From NCBI GenBank assembly GCA_002793035.1, contig PFPL01000045.1, forward strand, positions 9,669-73,668: a DNA stretch of 64,000 nt, read 5' to 3'. This DNA comes from Candidatus Magasanikbacteria bacterium CG_4_10_14_0_2_um_filter_33_14. GTDB taxonomy: Bacteria; Patescibacteriota; Patescibacteriia; Magasanikbacterales; UBA922. Below the pieces are notes generated by a model, which was not told the DNA's origin, made no database searches, and worked only from the letters and a program-made list of their open reading frames with translations. The translations under genes were made by a program, and so were the position numbers. Shown in pieces: positions 61,401 to 64,000 of this stretch. How positions within the stretch are numbered: the stretch's first letter is position 1; the number at the start of each line of letters is the position of its first letter.

Positions 61401-61973
61401 CCAGATGGCAAGCTAGCGGAAATATTTATCGATATGTACAAAGAAGGTGCGACTGTCAGAAGTCTACTAAACATGTTTGCAATTTCTGTTTCTATGGGCT
61501 TGCAATACGGTGTACCTCTTGAGAAATATGTTGAAAATTTTGTCTTTACAAGATTTGAACCTAGTGGTTTCACAGATCATCCAAATGTAAAAAATTCTAC
61601 TTCTATTCTAGATTTCGTCTTCCGTATTTTGGGAATGGAATATCTTGGAAGGACAGATTTTGTCCAAGTACCACCAAAAGGAATTCAAAAAAACAAATTT
61701 GAAAATATGGTGAAGATGAGAGAGGGCATGAAGATGCAAGAAAGTCTAGAATTGAAAAGTGTTGTTGAAGAAAAACCAGTTGTGAACAATGATTTACAAG
61801 CCGAGCTTCCTGTGGTTTCTGAGGTCAGAAACGAAGCTGTGAGTGCTTCAGACGCCGCACTTTCAGAAATGATGGGAGATGCACCCGCTTGTCCGACTTG
61901 TGGGCATATTACTGTACGAAATGGGAGTTGTTATAAGTGTTTGAATTGTGGAGATAGTTTGGGGTGTAGTTAA
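58449..61973 (+). CDS. nrdJ: Adenosylcobalamin-dependent (class II) ribonucleotide reductase with C-terminal TSCPD/Zn-ribbon
   Basis: PNSPQWFNTG, HACFI, SNPCSE, APTGTIG, SGAISKTIN, YRDGCK and C-terminal CPTCG...CYKCLNCG. Confidence 0.96.
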   Translation: MSAVNLKVFQGLNLGQETDVQFSYEENGLHFRRVFSQEGKSPFDMVEYEKRTSIIREPSGTVVFEMKDIEIPKNWSQVATDIIAQKYFRKTGVPQYNDDGTMKLNADGSPMLGPETSVKQTVHRLAGTWRYWAEKYGYFASSKDAEIFYDEIIVMLLRQMVAPNSPQWFNTGLNWAYGINSESQGHYYVDNESGETRRSEDAYTHPQPHACFIQSIKDDLVNEGGIMDLWVREARLFKYGSGTGTNFSNLRGRGEPLSGGGRSSGLMSWLRIGDRAAGAIKSGGTTRRAAKMVTLNLDHPDIEEFINWKVEEEKKVAALIAAGYPSDYEGEAYQTVSGQNSNNSVRVPNKFMTALDNDASWNLTWRIDGSVCKTIKARKLWDEIAYAAWSCADPGLQYDDNINEWHTCPQSGRINGSNPCSEYMFLDNTACNLASFNLAHFFENSTNTFLVDEFKHGVRLMTTVLEISVLMAQFPSEEIARGSYDFRTLGLGYANLGSVLMTAGISYESNEAYGFSASVTALMTAESYKTSAEMAKFKGPFIKFEKNREDMLRVMRNHRRAAFNSPITEYEKLAVKPVAINPQYAPAYLLAAARESWNDAVDMGEKFGFRNAQTTLLAPTGTIGLLMDCSTTGVEPDFALVKFKKLAGGGYFRIVNEAVPEALRNLNYSENEIKDILNYMRGTADITKAPHINAETLKAKGFNNEDIAAINKALEGAFEIKFIFNVWTLGEETLQRLGFKEEKYNDPSFDLLKELGFTAQQIEEANDYACGTMTIEGAPHLKESDYKVFDTANKNGKKGTRFIHYLGHIRMMAAVQPFLSGAISKTINMPNEVSLEDVKTAYEEGWKLGLKAVALYRDGCKLSQPLATSSKNNDKKEDEELEETVEEKMAEEIIERSKEQIEQIAKMLPVSEEDVNDAVFQASQILSNHAGIHTPMESYTKDGQVAERRVYLHGEKRRLPSKRGGITVATKIGNQQIWLRTGEYPDGKLAEIFIDMYKEGATVRSLLNMFAISVSMGLQYGVPLEKYVENFVFTRFEPSGFTDHPNVKNSTSILDFVFRILGMEYLGRTDFVQVPPKGIQKNKFENMVKMREGMKMQESLELKSVVEEKPVVNNDLQAELPVVSEVRNEAVSASDAALSEMMGDAPACPTCGHITVRNGSCYKCLNCGDSLGCS

Positions 61974-61993
61974 TTTGAAAAATTATAGAAAAA

Positions 61994-62024
61994 CAAAACC
62001 AGTTTTGAAAGAGACTGGTTTTTT
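61994..62024. terminator. Bidirectional terminator
   Basis: aaaaccagt...actggttttt hairpin between convergent genes. Confidence 0.7.
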
Positions 62025-62095
62025 ATTTTACTATACAATTGGTTGACAATTATTTTAATTTACCAAAATTATTTATTGTCAACCAATTGTCAACT

Positions 62096-62932
62096 TTAAT
62101 AATTGCTAAACTTTTTCAACAACTTCACAGACTTTTCATATCTTTTTCTATTTACCTTATAAAAATATGGCATCATATAGAGTAAATGTAAAATTGCAAA
62201 GTATTTTATTTTTTTCATGTCCAATTTTTCTTTATATCCTTCCAAAACACTCTTAAACATTTTATTGGATATCTCTAGGTAGAGTTTTCCAAAGTCGTAT
62301 TCTACTGGTCCACAATTTACGTCTCCAAAATCGATGATACCAACCAATTTGTTATTTTTTATCAAAATGTTATCTGGAGTTAGATCAAAATGTAAAAGAA
62401 AAGATTTTTTTTCATCAAAAAAGTTTATATTTTCATAAATAAATTTTTCTAAATGTTTTAGAAGTTTTTTATTAAAAGATTTTATTTTTTTGAGTCTTGG
62501 AAAAGTTTGTTTGATTAAACTGTCTAGAAAATCTCTGGGGTTTTTGTGTTCACCTTTGCCGTTTTTTTGTAATTCTCCAAAACCAGACATTTTTATCTTG
62601 TGGATTTTTTTTAGATTTTTACCCAAAGAAAAAAAGAATTCTTCTGGTTTATTTCTTTCTGGCTTTTTACCGTCTAGAAAACTTTCAATCAAATAATTTT
62701 TGCCTTTGAAAAAAATTTTTGGAATAAATTTTTGATTGAGATTAGAACAAACAAAGTTTTCTCTATAAACCATTATTTCTTTTCCTGCTTGTGGTTTTTT
62801 AAAAATGTATTTTTTACTTTTTGTTTCTACTATTTTTACTATTTGTTCTAAACCGTTTGACGAATCAGTCATTTTAACTACATTTTCATTTAGTTTTTCT
62901 TTGAAAATTTTTATGATTTGTTTGTCGAGCAT
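62096..62932 (-). CDS. Aminoglycoside phosphotransferase-like kinase (APH family)
   Basis: LLHFDLTPDNILI and IIDFGD...G..EYDF motifs. Confidence 0.85.
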   Translation of the reverse strand: MLDKQIIKIFKEKLNENVVKMTDSSNGLEQIVKIVETKSKKYIFKKPQAGKEIMVYRENFVCSNLNQKFIPKIFFKGKNYLIESFLDGKKPERNKPEEFFFSLGKNLKKIHKIKMSGFGELQKNGKGEHKNPRDFLDSLIKQTFPRLKKIKSFNKKLLKHLEKFIYENINFFDEKKSFLLHFDLTPDNILIKNNKLVGIIDFGDVNCGPVEYDFGKLYLEISNKMFKSVLEGYKEKLDMKKIKYFAILHLLYMMPYFYKVNRKRYEKSVKLLKKFSNY

Positions 62933-62941
62933 ATTTTTAAG

Positions 62942-63725
62942 TTAATTTTCTTTAGAAGCTTCCCACAAAGTATCAAAAATACTGCGAAGCATTTGTACTA
63001 CATATTCATCTTCAATGAGTACTACTAGGGGAGCTTTAGGTTGCCAGATAGTTACTTTGTTGGCATAGAGCATGAAGCCAGTAACAAAAGGAAGTTTTCC
63101 TTTAAAAAATCTAGTAGTACGCATTTGTTCTTCGTCGGTGTTTCGTAGAGTTGTGGCATCATCGCCCTGTGTAAGGAGGGCGTTTAGATGTAAATTTTTT
63201 TCTGTTCTCTTTTTTATCCATTGTAATTCAGTATCCCAAGAAATCATATCAATAAAAGCATCTGCTGAACCAAAAAAACTAATTGTATCTTTTGTTTCAT
63301 CAATAACTTGAAAAAATAATTTAAGCCACTCATCTTCACCTTGAAATATTTTTACTTTTGTTGGAGTTTCTCCTTGGTGATAGAGAGCAAGTAAATCTGG
63401 CATTGATCCAACGAGTGTGTGATCGAGATTATTCACTGTTCTTTTTTTATCACGCAATTTTTCTAGTACGGTTGTTGGTGGCTCGACCATGAAAGTGCGG
63501 GTGTATTTTTTTCTTTCCGAAAATTTGGCTAGGCCGTATTTTTCAAGACCAGCAATGACCTTGTAAACATTGGGTCTTGGCATATCTAAGTGTTCTGCCA
63601 AGGAGGCTATAGTAGATGGGCCTAGTGAAAGTGAGATTGTGTATAAGTCGGCTTCATTATCTGTCAAACCAAGCTCTTTTAGGGAAGTGTAGAGATTTTG
63701 TTTCATTTCTATATCTGTAGGCATA
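62942..63725 (-). CDS. TrmB family transcriptional regulator
   Basis: LKELGLTDNEADLY...L.LG and R.NVY..I..L...GL wHTH, plus C-terminal effector domain; start uncertain. Confidence 0.88.
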
Positions 63726-63879
63726 GCTGATATTTTTAAGAAGTGTATATAATTATTATACACTATATAATAAATTAAGTCAATATATTGACAGATATGT
63801 ATAAATATAGTATATTCAACTGTCTGAAATCTACAACTAGGTAGGTGGAAGACATGTTCTTTACAAGGAGGTCACAGCA

Positions 63880-64000
63880 GTGAAGATTGATCCTGGAGAG
63901 ATTAAACAGAATTTTGAGAAGAATAATTCGCTGAAGAAGGTCCTTGTTCTTCGCGATATTCTCATCAAGACTTTGTTGTACAACGTCTTTATGACAGGTG
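63880..64000 (+). CDS. 5' end of a hypothetical protein (truncated by window)
   Basis: AAGGAGGT SD plus GTG; TTGACA-17-TATATT promoter at 63788; frame open to the window end. Confidence 0.6.
   Translation, partial: MKIDPGEIKQNFEKNNSLKKVLVLRDILIKTLLYNVFMTG

Noticed and set aside
58449-61973. Intein or intron in nrdJ
   Set aside because: The ORF is continuous with no C...HN-C/S/T or LAGLIDADG motifs seen; its length fits long NrdJ forms.

Overview
AT-rich chromosomal window from a Patescibacteria/CPR bacterium. The gene content suggests Parcubacteria-ABY1 (possibly Magasanikbacteria-like); this is inference, not a search result. Genetic code 11. It begins at the dnaA-dnaN junction (probable oriC). 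It carries housekeeping genes (dnaN, PBP1A, comM, lspA, dksA-like, ychF, rpsF-ssb-rpsR, galU, epmA-efp, ruvB, nrdJ with tandem NrdR boxes), four tRNAs and a type IV pilus set (pilB, pilC, pilM/N/O, three minor pilins). It also has an array of 11 VirB2/TrbC-like pilin paralogs around a solute-binding lipoprotein, a zwf-gnd fusion, and queuosine- and B12-salvage enzymes. The least explained part is 20.3-22.6 kb: a ~390-nt highly structured non-coding transcript with a perfect sigma70 promoter and terminator, a periodic DnaA-box/palindrome array, and two paralogous very Cys-rich microproteins. Several families of micro-repeats and GC palindromes are scattered through the window, some nested and some inserted in frame in genes. 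All calls come from reading motifs by eye; no database search or folding program was run.
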